Both the position numbers and the translations under genes were made by a program. From NCBI GenBank assembly GCA_034434015.1, contig DAOUAB010000059.1, forward strand, positions 26,971-90,970: a stretch of DNA of 64,000 nt, in the 5' to 3' direction. Shown one piece after another: positions 8,673-18,190 of this stretch. Source of the DNA: Anaerolineales bacterium. Its GTDB lineage: Bacteria > Chloroflexota > Anaerolineae > Anaerolineales > UBA6663. The notes beneath the pieces were generated by a model. That model made no database searches and was not told where the DNA came from. It was given only the letters and a program-made list of their open reading frames with translations. Each line of letters starts with the position of its first letter. Positions within the stretch are counted from its first letter, which is position 1.

Positions 8673-9302
8673 TCAATCGAGATGCACGATCCCGCGCTTG
8701 AGCGCCTCGGTCACCGCTTGCGTGCGGTCGGTCACGCCCAGTTTGCCCAGCAGGTTGTTGACGTGGATCTTCACCGTGCCTTCGGCGATGCCCAGGGCTG
8801 CGCCGATCTCTTTGTTGCTCCGGCCGGCCACGATGAGTTTCAGCACCTCGAGCTCGCGGGGGGTCAGGGCCTCGGCCGTCAGCCGGACGGCCAGTTTGGC
8901 GGCCACCTCGGCGGGGATGCGCTTCTGGCCGGCGTGCACGGCGCGGATCGCCTCGAGCAATTCATCGCGGGGCGTGTCCTTGAGCAGGTAAGCTTCGGCC
9001 CCGGCCTGGAGCGCGCGGTAGATGTCCTCGTCGCCGTCGTAGGTGGTGAGGACGATGATGCGGGCCGCGGGCCGCGCGGCCCGAATGTGCGTGATGGCCT
9101 CCACGCCGCCCATCTCCGGCATCCGCAAATCCATCAGGATCACGTCCGGCTTGAGCTGACGGGCCAGTTCCACGGCGCGTCGGCCGTCCTCGGCCTCGGC
9201 GGCGACTTGCATGTCCGCGCGGCGGGCGATCATCGCGGCCAGGCCCTCGCGCACCACGGCATGGTCGTCGGCGATCAGGATGCGGATGAGCGATTCAGGC
9301 AT
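8673..9302 (-). CDS. NarL/LuxR-family response regulator
   Basis: ADDHAVVREG, DVILMDLRMP, YLLKD, LTPRELEVL..SNKEIG..EGTVKIHV. Confidence 0.95.
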   Translation of the reverse strand: MPESLIRILIADDHAVVREGLAAMIARRADMQVAAEAEDGRRAVELARQLKPDVILMDLRMPEMGGVEAITHIRAARPAARIIVLTTYDGDEDIYRALQAGAEAYLLKDTPRDELLEAIRAVHAGQKRIPAEVAAKLAVRLTAEALTPRELEVLKLIVAGRSNKEIGAALGIAEGTVKIHVNNLLGKLGVTDRTQAVTEALKRGIVHLD

Positions 9303-11169
9303 GGGTCGGGATGCGGCATCTGACAGTCGTTCCGCCCGCTGGCGCGCTGGTCACGATCAATTCGCCGCCATGTTGGGCGGCGCGCTCGCGCATGCCCACC
9401 AGGCCGAAGCCGCCCGGCGCGCCAGGGCGGAGGCGCTGCGGATCGAAGCCGCGTCCATTATCGCTGACTTCCATTTCAACGGCGTCCGGCCGGGCGCGCA
9501 AGGCGACGCGCAGGCGCGTGGCGCCGGCGTGCCGGAGGGCGTTGATCACGGCCTCCTGCCCGAGGCGCAGCAGATCAGCCTCCAGACCGGGCGAGAGCGC
9601 TGGCCATTGCTCGGGCCACTGCCATTCCACCGAGAGCGGCGCATCGGTCGTCAGGGCTGTGATCGAATCGCGCAGGGCGCTGGGCAGGGGCTTGCGTTCG
9701 AGCGGCTGTGGGCGCAGGGCATACACCGAGCGGCGCGCTTCGGCCAGACTCTCGCGCGCCAGGTCGCGGGCGCGGGTGAGATGCCGGTTCACGTCGCCCC
9801 CCGGCTCGCCCAGCGCATCCTCAGCGGCCTCGAGTTGGATGACGATGCCGGTGAACCCCTGCGCCAGGGTGTCATGGATTTCGCGCGCCATGCGGTTGCG
9901 CTCCTCCAGCAGGGCCGCCTTTTGATTCTGCTCGGCCAACCGGGTGAGCTGCATGGCGAGGGTCACCTGCTGTGCCAGGGCCTGCGCCAGCTCAATCTCG
10001 TCGACGCTGAAGCGGCGGCGGGTGAGGCAGTTGACGCTAAAGTGGCCGAGCACTTCGGCGCCGAGCAGGAGCGGCACGATCAAAATCGTCTGGAGGCCCT
10101 GCGCCAGGAGCCGTGCGCGCTGCTTCAGGCGCGGATCGTTGGCGACGTCTTCCACCACAAGCGGGCGGCGCGTACTGAGCAGCTCATTCCAGACGGCCAG
10201 GTCGGCGGGCAGCGAGCGCGGGGCGTCATCGCCCAGGTCGGCGGCGCTCATCACCCGGCCGTCGAGATAGGCCAGGTGCAACCTCACCTCGCCCTGCTGG
10301 CCATCGTGCAGGAACAGGCTCACGGAAGGCGCGTCGAGCTGCGCGGCGATGGCCGAGAGAGCCTGTTGGAGGATGCGGTCGAGCGAGGTCTCCGGCGTGA
10401 GCGCATTCAGGGTGTGGGCCAGCGCCAGCGTCTGCCCGCGCGACACTTGCAGGGCGCGCTCCAGAGAGCGCGCGGATAGCCAGCTCAGCCACGCGCCCGC
10501 CGCGTACACGCTCCACCAGAACAAAACCAGCCCCAGGCCCTGCGCGGGCGTGCCCACGGGATACACGGGCGTCCAGCGCCCCGTCTGCTCGCTGAGGGTG
10601 AATAACGCGGTGAGGATCGAGATGGCCATCAGCGACCCGAAGAAGCCGTTGGATCCCAGCACCAGACCGCTGATGAGAATGCCGAGCAGATAGAGCGCGT
10701 TGACCGGGCTGTTCATCCCATAGAACTGCGCATTGAAGGCGACGGGCAGAAAGATGCCGCTCATGAGGCAGCTGGCGGCCCAGAATGACCGGCCGCGCCG
10801 GAGCAGTATCTCGGCCAGGCCGCACAGGGCCAGCAGGCCAACGCCGTCCCACGGGAAGAGCAGATTGAAGGGCACGCCCGCCCACCCGGCGAGCAGGTAG
10901 AGTGTCGCGCCAAGGGCGGTGAGGGCAAGCGCCCAGCGCAGCAGGCGGGCGTTGACGCCGGGCAGGGACGACGTCATGGGAGGCCGCTCGCGCCAAAAGC
11001 GCCATCCGACGGCGGCCAGGCCGCCGGCCACCACGCCCAACGCCAGCCCGACCACCCAGTCGCTGTTCACCCAGCGGCTGAGCGCGACGCCGGCCGCGCC
11101 GCCCAGTGCGGTGCCCGCGCTCCAGGCGACGATGAACTTCCAGGAATAGGGCGTGCGGGAAGCGTGCAT
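9295..11169 (-). CDS. Membrane sensor histidine kinase (multi-TM, GAF, HisKA_3, HATPase)
   Basis: ERNRMAREIHDTLAQGF, QEAVINALRHA, DNGRGFDP, GFGLVGMRERA. Confidence 0.92.
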   Translation of the reverse strand: MHASRTPYSWKFIVAWSAGTALGGAAGVALSRWVNSDWVVGLALGVVAGGLAAVGWRFWRERPPMTSSLPGVNARLLRWALALTALGATLYLLAGWAGVPFNLLFPWDGVGLLALCGLAEILLRRGRSFWAASCLMSGIFLPVAFNAQFYGMNSPVNALYLLGILISGLVLGSNGFFGSLMAISILTALFTLSEQTGRWTPVYPVGTPAQGLGLVLFWWSVYAAGAWLSWLSARSLERALQVSRGQTLALAHTLNALTPETSLDRILQQALSAIAAQLDAPSVSLFLHDGQQGEVRLHLAYLDGRVMSAADLGDDAPRSLPADLAVWNELLSTRRPLVVEDVANDPRLKQRARLLAQGLQTILIVPLLLGAEVLGHFSVNCLTRRRFSVDEIELAQALAQQVTLAMQLTRLAEQNQKAALLEERNRMAREIHDTLAQGFTGIVIQLEAAEDALGEPGGDVNRHLTRARDLARESLAEARRSVYALRPQPLERKPLPSALRDSITALTTDAPLSVEWQWPEQWPALSPGLEADLLRLGQEAVINALRHAGATRLRVALRARPDAVEMEVSDNGRGFDPQRLRPGAPGGFGLVGMRERAAQHGGELIVTSAPAGGTTVRCRIPTHA

Positions 11170-11252
11170 GGCGAGACGGTGTCTGATGCGTGAGCAACCT
11201 CAGGATAGCAGAAGCCGATGCCGGGCGGAGTGAACCTAAGCCAGAGCGGCCA

Positions 11253-11270
11253 CTATAACTGAGGTTATAC
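11253..11270. promoter_or_regulatory. Palindrome upstream of the two-component operon, candidate autoregulatory box
   Basis: c-tataac-tgag-gttata-c, perfect 6-bp arms. Confidence 0.5.
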
Positions 11271-11289
11271 CTCACCGCGTGGGTAATCT

Positions 11290-11526
11290 CAAATGTCCTG
11301 GAACGGCGCAGTTTCCTGGCGAGGCCTCGTATTCGCCGCCCGCATACAGGGCGCAGCCGCTGGCCGCTTTCAGGCCTTCGTGAGCGTCACAGGTGACCAA
11401 TTGCTCCGCTGCGTCGTGCGCTTGTGCTTCCCGACGCCAATCTTCTGCGCCGCTTCCAACTCGATCAGCGCCTGCGCCAGCTACTGCAGTGCCTGGCGCA
11501 GGAAGCCCCGTCCAGCGTCAGGCATC
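11290..11526 (-). pseudogene. Degenerate, internally deleted IS256-family transposase remnant
   Basis: GFLRQALQ*LAQALIELEAAQKIG..KHKRT (IS256 N-terminus-like) joined out of frame to QLVTCDAHEGLKAA (IS256 DDE-region motif). Confidence 0.65.
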
Positions 11527-11621
11527 CAGGCAGGCCGGTGACTCTCAACCGGCTGAGCCGGTGGCCTACTGCCCGGGCATCGTCAGTGCAACCGGGAAGG
11601 GAAAGCGCTTGGGACAAAGCA

Positions 11622-11662
11622 AACAGGCGGCGGACTCCATGAATTGAAGTCCGCCGCCTGTT
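11622..11662 (-). terminator. Terminator of the hmgS-thiolase-DUF35 operon
   Basis: 15-bp perfect stem aacaggcggcggact/agtccgccgcctgtt. Confidence 0.7.
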
Positions 11663-11683
11663 GCCCAACAGATGGTATGGCGT

Positions 11684-12085
11684 TCAGTTGGTGGTCAAAA
11701 CAGGCCTGAATTTGTAACCGTACACCAGCATCCCGCGTTCCCCGTCTTCACGGAGTTTGCGCGTGACCATCTCCACCGGCGTGCCGATGGAGACCTGGCC
11801 ATTCTCGACGTCGGTCAACTGGGCCGTGACCAAAGGGCCCTCTTCAAGCTTGACCAGGGCAACCGTGTAAGGGACGTTGCTCTCGTATCCCTCCGGCGCG
11901 TCATAAACTGTCGTGTAGGAGAAGACCTCACCTCGCCCGGTAAAGACATAAGGAGTCTTGGCCTCACCCGCGCAGTTCGGACAGACGTCACGCGGCGGGA
12001 AGATTTTCACCTCACAATGCGGACAAACCTCTCCAACAAGACCATACCTTTGCTGCTGAAGCCGCCAGTGGCGCGAGATTTCCAT
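11684..12085 (-). CDS. DUF35 Zn-ribbon/OB-fold protein (thiolase-HMG-CoA synthase scaffold type)
   Basis: CPHC..FPPR-VCPNC zinc ribbon; YTTVY..PYTVALVKLEEGPLVTAQL; YGYKF. Confidence 0.92.
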   Translation of the reverse strand: MEISRHWRLQQQRYGLVGEVCPHCEVKIFPPRDVCPNCAGEAKTPYVFTGRGEVFSYTTVYDAPEGYESNVPYTVALVKLEEGPLVTAQLTDVENGQVSIGTPVEMVTRKLREDGERGMLVYGYKFRPVLTTN

Positions 12086-12182
12086 AAAGCTCTCCTTCTG
12101 AATTACCTGCGGGGAATGCTATCTCGATTGCGCTATCAGAAACTATCGGAGAGGCTTTCTAGGGCTATCACTTTGCTTATAG

Positions 12183-13331
12183 TCAATCTACTCTCTCGAA
12201 AATATGCGTAACTACCGTAGATCCTGCACCGCCGATTGATTGAGACATTCCATAACGAGCGCCCTTAACCTGATTTGGACCGGCCTCGCCTCTGAGTTGT
12301 AGGACGGTCTCGGCCACCTGATAAACGCCCGTCGCCCCGCCCGGGTTGCCGCGCGCTTTCAAGCCCCCAAAGGTCGAGATCGGCACTCTTCCATTTATGG
12401 AAATTTCGTTGTCGGCGGCCAGCTTCCAGCCGAGTCCCGGTTCGGCGAATCCGGCCGCTTCCAGGCTGAGCGCGCTGAAGATCGTGAAGGCGTCATATAG
12501 CTCGAACACCTGGATCTGGTTGGGCGTGATGCCTGACGTGCCATACGCCTTGGCGGCCGAAAAACGGGCGGCTTCAAACACCAGCGGGTCCGGACGGTCG
12601 TGGACGGCCAGGGTGTCGGTGGCCATCGTCGAGGCCGCGATGCGGATGGCGGGGTGATCGGGGGTGGGCCGGGACGTGACCAGCAGCGCCGCCGCGCCGT
12701 CGCATTCCGGGGCCGTGTCGAACATGTTGATCGGGTCGGCTACCACGCCGGCCTTGACGAAGGCCTCGGCGGTGAGGGCGTTGCGGAACATCGCGTTCGG
12801 GTTCGACCTGGCGTTGGCGTGCGCGTTGACGCTGAAGTTGGCGAAATCCTTCAACGCGACGCCGTGCGCGTGCATGTAGCGGCGCATGAGCAGGGCCGCC
12901 AGGGCGGTCGGCGTGGCGCCCTGGGCGCTTTCCCAGTCGCTGTCGGCGGAGGTGGCCATCGCGGCGGCCACACCCGGCCCGACCTTGTCCGTCATCTTCT
13001 CGACGCCGACCACGAGCGCGGACTCGGCGGCGCCGGCGGCCACGGCCAGGTACGCCTGGCGCAGCGCCGCGGCGCCCGAGGCGCCGGCCGCCTCGACCGA
13101 GACGGCCTCGATGCCGCGCAGCCCGGCGAAATCGGCGACGAGCGCGCCCAGGTGGGCCTGATGGCTGAGCGGGCCGCCGAGCATGTTGGCCACAAACAGG
13201 GCCTCCGGGTTTGGCCGGGGCGCGTCCCGGGCGACGGCCTCGATGGCGTAGAAGGCCAGCTCGCGCAGCGATTTGTCCCAGTGTTCACCGGCCGGGGTCA
13301 GCCCCACGCCGGCGATAAAAACGTCGCGCAT
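12183..13331 (-). CDS. Archaeal/SCP-x-type thiolase-fold protein lacking canonical catalytic residues
   Basis: MRDVFIAGVG, GVEKM, DGAAA, GGLKARG-PGGATG, GEAGPNQV; EAAGASG instead of EAACASG. Confidence 0.88.
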   Translation of the reverse strand: MRDVFIAGVGLTPAGEHWDKSLRELAFYAIEAVARDAPRPNPEALFVANMLGGPLSHQAHLGALVADFAGLRGIEAVSVEAAGASGAAALRQAYLAVAAGAAESALVVGVEKMTDKVGPGVAAAMATSADSDWESAQGATPTALAALLMRRYMHAHGVALKDFANFSVNAHANARSNPNAMFRNALTAEAFVKAGVVADPINMFDTAPECDGAAALLVTSRPTPDHPAIRIAASTMATDTLAVHDRPDPLVFEAARFSAAKAYGTSGITPNQIQVFELYDAFTIFSALSLEAAGFAEPGLGWKLAADNEISINGRVPISTFGGLKARGNPGGATGVYQVAETVLQLRGEAGPNQVKGARYGMSQSIGGAGSTVVTHIFERVD

Positions 13332-13336
13332 CGTGT

Positions 13337-14527
13337 TCACTCCGCCAGATTGTCGGCCAGGGCCTGCGCCAGCGCGCGGGCCAGGGCCAGGTTGTCGGCC
13401 AGGGCGGCCTGCCGATCGGCCTCCGCCGAGAGCGGCGGCGACTGCAATTGCACCGTGGCCACGTAGCGGCCGACGACGAAGCTGATCTCGGTGACGGCGA
13501 TGGACGCGCCGTCGGCGCTGGTCATCACCTGGCTCCACGCCCGGCTGCTTTCACCCACGCTCGGCGGGGACGAGAGCTCCGCGGCGCCCGGCAGACCGAT
13601 CATGGCCCGCAGACCGCGCGGCGCCGCCGAGGCCTGGCGGTAGGCTGAGATCTGCTGGAACAACGCCGAGCCCGCCACCTGGTCGAACTCCTCCGCGTTC
13701 ACGGGCTTCACCATGTAAAGCTGATAGCCGGCGATCCGGCCGAGCTGGTTGAGGGTGGCGCGGGCGCCCTCGCTGAAATCGGAATTCAAGGTCCAACCGC
13801 CGAGATACTGGTCGCTGATGATCCAGCGTTCGCCCAGGGCCGGGTCCAGGGCCGCAAGCTGCGTCTGGCCGAGGAGCCGGGCGCGCAGGTCCGGCAGACC
13901 CGCCTTCAGCAGGTCGCGCAGGGCGGCGGGTTCGGCGCCGGCCTTGAGTTTGTCCGCCACCCGCTGCGCGTAGCGCAGCGGCTCGTCCGGACCGGGCAGG
14001 ACGTCGGCGGACCCGAACATCGTCACCGAGCCGACGGCGTTCCGGTAGCGGAAGTCCACCCGATACAGGCCCTGGTCCACGTCGATGTCCGGCGGCGTGT
14101 AGCGCCACACCTGGCTCTGCTCGCCGACGGCCGACGCATCCACGCGCTCCCAATCGGCGCCCGGGCTCTCGATGTCCATGCCGGCCTGGGCGTCGGCGAC
14201 GGTGCGATAGAGCAGGATCTGCAGCGTGAAATCCACATAGTCCGAGTCTTCCGGCGGCGTGTAGCGGGCCGTGTACAACTGTTCAACGTTGTGCAGGCTG
14301 CCGGCCGGGACCGTGTCGGTGACGACCGGCGCGGCCGGGTCAACGTCCGGCGGCCGGGACAGATCCACGGCGGTCTGCAGGGTCTGGTCGGTCAACGCCC
14401 AGCCGGCCGGCAGGTCGGCGGTGGTCAACTGGTAATCCCAGGCGTCGCCCAGCACCAGCGCGGGGGCCGGCGCGGCGCAGCCGGCCAGGACGAACAGGCA
14501 GAAAACAAGCAGGAGGTTTCGTTTCAT
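13337..14527 (-). CDS. Lipoprotein with two tandem PknH-like extracellular repeats
   Basis: MKR + hydrophobic stretch + LAGC lipobox; two similar halves (..VGEQSQVW..FRYRNAVGSV / ..VGESSRAW..FVVGRYVATV). Confidence 0.7.
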   Translation of the reverse strand: MKRNLLLVFCLFVLAGCAAPAPALVLGDAWDYQLTTADLPAGWALTDQTLQTAVDLSRPPDVDPAAPVVTDTVPAGSLHNVEQLYTARYTPPEDSDYVDFTLQILLYRTVADAQAGMDIESPGADWERVDASAVGEQSQVWRYTPPDIDVDQGLYRVDFRYRNAVGSVTMFGSADVLPGPDEPLRYAQRVADKLKAGAEPAALRDLLKAGLPDLRARLLGQTQLAALDPALGERWIISDQYLGGWTLNSDFSEGARATLNQLGRIAGYQLYMVKPVNAEEFDQVAGSALFQQISAYRQASAAPRGLRAMIGLPGAAELSSPPSVGESSRAWSQVMTSADGASIAVTEISFVVGRYVATVQLQSPPLSAEADRQAALADNLALARALAQALADNLAE

Positions 14528-14610
14528 ACGCAGGCGCAATGAGATTGCGCGGCGGGGGCGTGAAGCGCTGTCCGCGCCTGGCGCGCCGCCGCGCGGCGAG
14601 AGAGGCGGGG

Positions 14611-15684
14611 TTATTTCATCACCAGCTTGCCGCGCAGCCGCGCGTACACGGCGTAGTCGATCTCGGTCCGGCGGGCGATGTAGTCGCGCGTCTGCGGGGC
14701 GCGGGCGCGCGCCGCGGTGATCCGGTCCGTGACCTGCAGGCCGAAGGCGTCGGAGCCGGCGCCTGAGCCGAAGGAGACCAGCAGCACGCGGTCCCCGGGC
14801 TGGGCCTCGTCCAGCACGGCCGTCAACCCGATCATGGCGCTGCCGGCGTAGGTATTGCCGATCTCGCCGACCAGCAGCCCGGTCTTGATCTGCTCGTCTT
14901 TGAAGCCGAGGGTCTTGGCCGCCTTCTGCGGGAACTTGACGTTGGGCTGGTGCAGGACCACGTACCTGTAGTCGCCCGGTTGCGTGCCGGCCAGCTCCAT
15001 GTACCGGCTGGCGGCGGTGGTGATGTGCTTGAAGTAGGCCGGCTCGCCCGTGAAGCGCTGGCCGTGCTCCGGGTACTTCTCATATTGCCGGCGCCAGAAA
15101 TCGGGCGTGTCGGTGACGAACGAGTACGAGCCGTCGAAGACCGCCAGCGCCTCGTCGGCCGGGCCGAGCAGATAAGCGGCGCCGCCCGCGCCGGCCGTGT
15201 ACTCCAGCGCGTCGCCGGGCCGGCCCTGGGCGGTGTCCATGCCGATGGCCAGGGCGTAATCGGCCATGCCCGAGCCGACAAAGCCAATGCCGGCCTGCAT
15301 GGCCTCGGTGCCGGCCTTGCACGCGAATTGCCAGTCGGCGGCCTGGGTGTTGGGCACCGCGCCGATAGCCTCAGCGACGATGGTCGCTGTGGGCTTGACG
15401 GCGTACGGATGGCTTTCGCTGCCCACCCAGACCGCGCGGATGCGGCTCGGATCAATCCCGGCCCGCTTCAGGGCGTTGCGGGCCGCCTCGATGGACATGG
15501 TCGCCACATCCTCGTCCAGGCCCGGCACGGCCTTTTCCTTGATGGGCAGGGCGCTCGTCCCCTCCGTCCAGACGCGCGCCACTTCTCTGGCCGGCAGCCG
15601 GTAGCGGGGAACATAGGCCCCATAGCCAACGATGCCGACCGGCCGGGCCGGGCGCATTAGTTTTGGCGCATGATCGTGGTCCAT
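14611..15684 (-). CDS. mvaS: Hydroxymethylglutaryl-CoA synthase, archaeal type
   Basis: [33 protein letters not shown] (catalytic Cys), [20 protein letters not shown]. Confidence 0.92.
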   Translation of the reverse strand: MDHDHAPKLMRPARPVGIVGYGAYVPRYRLPAREVARVWTEGTSALPIKEKAVPGLDEDVATMSIEAARNALKRAGIDPSRIRAVWVGSESHPYAVKPTATIVAEAIGAVPNTQAADWQFACKAGTEAMQAGIGFVGSGMADYALAIGMDTAQGRPGDALEYTAGAGGAAYLLGPADEALAVFDGSYSFVTDTPDFWRRQYEKYPEHGQRFTGEPAYFKHITTAASRYMELAGTQPGDYRYVVLHQPNVKFPQKAAKTLGFKDEQIKTGLLVGEIGNTYAGSAMIGLTAVLDEAQPGDRVLLVSFGSGAGSDAFGLQVTDRITAARARAPQTRDYIARRTEIDYAVYARLRGKLVMK

Positions 15685-15755
15685 TATGAAAACTCCCTCG
15701 GTGACAACAGAGTGAATTTTATCATCAGCGGCCTGGCAAAAGCTCTCAGGAGCGA

Positions 15756-16877
15756 TCACTCGAATTGTAACCGGCCGCCCAGCAGGGCTTGCGGTTTCCA
15801 GGGCCGGGCGCGGTCGCTGGACCAGGGGGCCGGCGGCGCGCTGACCAGGGTGCACAGCGCCAGGAGGGTGGCGTCGTAGTTCACGCGCCAGCCGGCGAAG
15901 TCGGACCAGGCCTGGTCCAGGTCCGGCTTGAGCGGCAGGCCGGCGGCGCGCAGACGTTCCACCGCGTCGTCGAACTCGGCGCGCGTGAGGCTGATGGGCT
16001 GGGCCGGGAAATGTGGATCGGGGTGATAGGGGAGGCCGAAGAAATCGCAAATGTGGCGCAGGGCCAGGTAGCCGGCGCGGATGCACAAAGCAGCCTGCGG
16101 GTTCGGCGGGTGGCCCAGCGTGGATTGGTACAATGCAGCGGCATCCAGGATCGCGCCGGCCGCCGTGATCCAGGAGTGATGCGGCTGAGGCGAGCGGAAG
16201 AAGGCCAGCACCGGCAGGGAAGTGTGCGTCTCGTCCAGTTGCGAGAACCAGATCTCCCACTCGCGCCACAGGTCGTTGAAGTGGTCCATGCGGCCGAGCG
16301 GGAAGGCCAGTTCGAACATATACACAGCCGAGGGCGGCGAGCCTGCCCGCGTCTCCAGCAGGTTGACAAGCGTCTCGCGCGCGGAGAAAGCCGAGTAGAT
16401 GGTGGGCAGGTAAGAGATGAGCAGGGCGGCCAGCGTCATGCCGAACGCAGCCTCGGAGAAGGACAGCGCCGCGATCAGCGGAGTCTGGGTGGGCGGGACG
16501 AAGCCGAGCGTCAGCAAGGTGGAGCCGCTCTCCAGGAAAGCGTCAAAGAAAGGCCGGACGCCCAGCGCCCAGAAGAGGCACGCGTAGCCCAGGCACACCA
16601 GCGTCAGCAGCGCCATGGGCAGGACGAGCAGGCTGACGGGCGCGTACATGGCCAGCGCCGCGTCCTGGGCCGCAAAGGACCGCGCTCGTTTCACCCGCAG
16701 ATGAAACGCCAGGCGCACCGCCCGGAAGATAGAGCGCGTGATCCGGTCCGGCGCCGAGCGTGGCAGCACGAAGGTCCGCAGGGCGGAGACCACGGCGCTG
16801 TAGATCAGCCAGACGCCAAGGCCGACCGCCAGGGCGCGCAGAGCGAGGTCGAGGGGGGTGAGGGGCGCATTGGTCAT
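15756..16877 (-). CDS. Membrane protein with an ion-channel-like pore segment
   Basis: TM helices flanking [13 protein letters not shown], followed by a soluble C-terminal domain ([14 protein letters not shown]). Confidence 0.6.
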   Translation of the reverse strand: MTNAPLTPLDLALRALAVGLGVWLIYSAVVSALRTFVLPRSAPDRITRSIFRAVRLAFHLRVKRARSFAAQDAALAMYAPVSLLVLPMALLTLVCLGYACLFWALGVRPFFDAFLESGSTLLTLGFVPPTQTPLIAALSFSEAAFGMTLAALLISYLPTIYSAFSARETLVNLLETRAGSPPSAVYMFELAFPLGRMDHFNDLWREWEIWFSQLDETHTSLPVLAFFRSPQPHHSWITAAGAILDAAALYQSTLGHPPNPQAALCIRAGYLALRHICDFFGLPYHPDPHFPAQPISLTRAEFDDAVERLRAAGLPLKPDLDQAWSDFAGWRVNYDATLLALCTLVSAPPAPWSSDRARPWKPQALLGGRLQFE

Positions 16878-17020
16878 GACGGAACTTAAGGTAAGATGGG
16901 CGGGGTCCAGGAGTGACTATACCGCCCCTGGCGGTTTTCGTCCCCTGCCGGAAACGGCAGCCTGGTTGCCCGCCTGGACAACGCCGTTGGCCGATGGGAA
17001 CCATAGCTCTGCCCACGGAT

Positions 17021-18178
17021 ATGCGCTCTCGCCTGGCCTGTTCCGCCGGGTTGATGGCGGTCTGGCTGGCGGGCGCGCTGCTGGCCGGCGCCTGCGCGGC
17101 GCCCGCGCCGGTCCGCCTGGGTTTCGCCGGGGAGCTGACCGGGAACCAGTCCGACCTGGGCATCGAAGGGCGCGATGGCGCGCTGCTGGCCGTGGCTGAC
17201 CTCAACGCCGCCGGCGGCGTCGCCGGCCGGCCCCTGGAATTAATCGTGCGCGACGACCTGGGGACGCCCGAAGGCGCGGCCGCCGCCGACCGCGCCCTGA
17301 TCGCCGAAGGCGTCGTCGCCATCCTCGGCCACATGACCAGCAGCCAGACGCTGGCCGGCCTGGCCGTTACCGAACCGGCCGGCGTGGTGATGTTCAGCCC
17401 CACCACCTCCACACCCGCGCTGAGCGGCCGCGACGATCTCTTCTTCCGCGTCATCACGCCGACCCCGGACCTGGCCTCCGCCCTCAGCCGCTACGCGGCG
17501 GACGTCGCCGGCCTGCGCCGGGTGGCGATCGTGCTGGACCTCGACAACGCCGGTTACACGCTGCCCTTCGCCGAAGCCTTCAGCGCCGATCTGCAGACGC
17601 GCGGCGGCCAGGTGGTCCGGCGGCTGGAGATCTCGTCAGCGGAGAACCCGGACTTCGCCGCCGTGGCCCGGGAACTGCAGGCCGCCGAACCGGACGGGGT
17701 CCTGCTGGTGTTGTCGGCGGTGGACGCGGCCCTGTTTGCCCAGCAGGCCCGGCTCGCCGGCTGGGCGGTCCCGCTGGTGGCGGCGCCCTGGGCGCAGACG
17801 GAGACGCTGTTGCGGACCGGCGGCGGCGCGGTGGAAGGGATGGTCCTCAGCGCGCCGTATGACCTGGTGCGCGAGGCGCCCGCTTTGCGCGATTTCCAGA
17901 GTCGTTACACGGAGCGTTTCGGGCGCGCGCCGGGCTTCGCGGCTGCCCTGGCCTACGAAAGCGTGCACGTCCTGGCGGCGGCGCTGCAACGCACCGGCGG
18001 GGCGGCGGCCGGCCTGGCCGAAGCCCTGAGCCAGGGCGACCGGGTGACCGTCCTGGGCGGCGAGCTGGCGCTGGATACGCACGGCGACGTCGTGCGGCCG
18101 GTGCCGCTCGTCGTGGTCCAGGCCGGCGCCTTCCGCTCGCTGGAGGCGCTCACGCCGACGACGCCCGGCAGCCCCTGA
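17021..18178 (+). CDS. Branched-chain amino acid-type periplasmic binding lipoprotein (alternative start 16994)
   Basis: LAGAC lipobox, VRLGFAGELTG, INAAGGVAGRPLEL-like DLNAAGGVAGRPLELIVRDD, GHMTSS, AYESV. Confidence 0.85.
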   Translation: MRSRLACSAGLMAVWLAGALLAGACAAPAPVRLGFAGELTGNQSDLGIEGRDGALLAVADLNAAGGVAGRPLELIVRDDLGTPEGAAAADRALIAEGVVAILGHMTSSQTLAGLAVTEPAGVVMFSPTTSTPALSGRDDLFFRVITPTPDLASALSRYAADVAGLRRVAIVLDLDNAGYTLPFAEAFSADLQTRGGQVVRRLEISSAENPDFAAVARELQAAEPDGVLLVLSAVDAALFAQQARLAGWAVPLVAAPWAQTETLLRTGGGAVEGMVLSAPYDLVREAPALRDFQSRYTERFGRAPGFAAALAYESVHVLAAALQRTGGAAAGLAEALSQGDRVTVLGGELALDTHGDVVRPVPLVVVQAGAFRSLEALTPTTPGSP

Positions 18179-18190
18179 GACCGTCCCGGC

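Noticed and set aside
8353-8676. 107-aa ORF between the regulator and the ABC ATPase
   Set aside because: No RBS or motif; the overlapping 59-aa frame (8343..8522) has an RBS, translational coupling and a coherent TM pattern.
11684-15684. PhlABC (diacetylphloroglucinol) acyltransferase cluster
   Set aside because: No type III PKS nearby, and the catalytic pattern is opposite: the synthase Cys is present and the thiolase Cys is absent.
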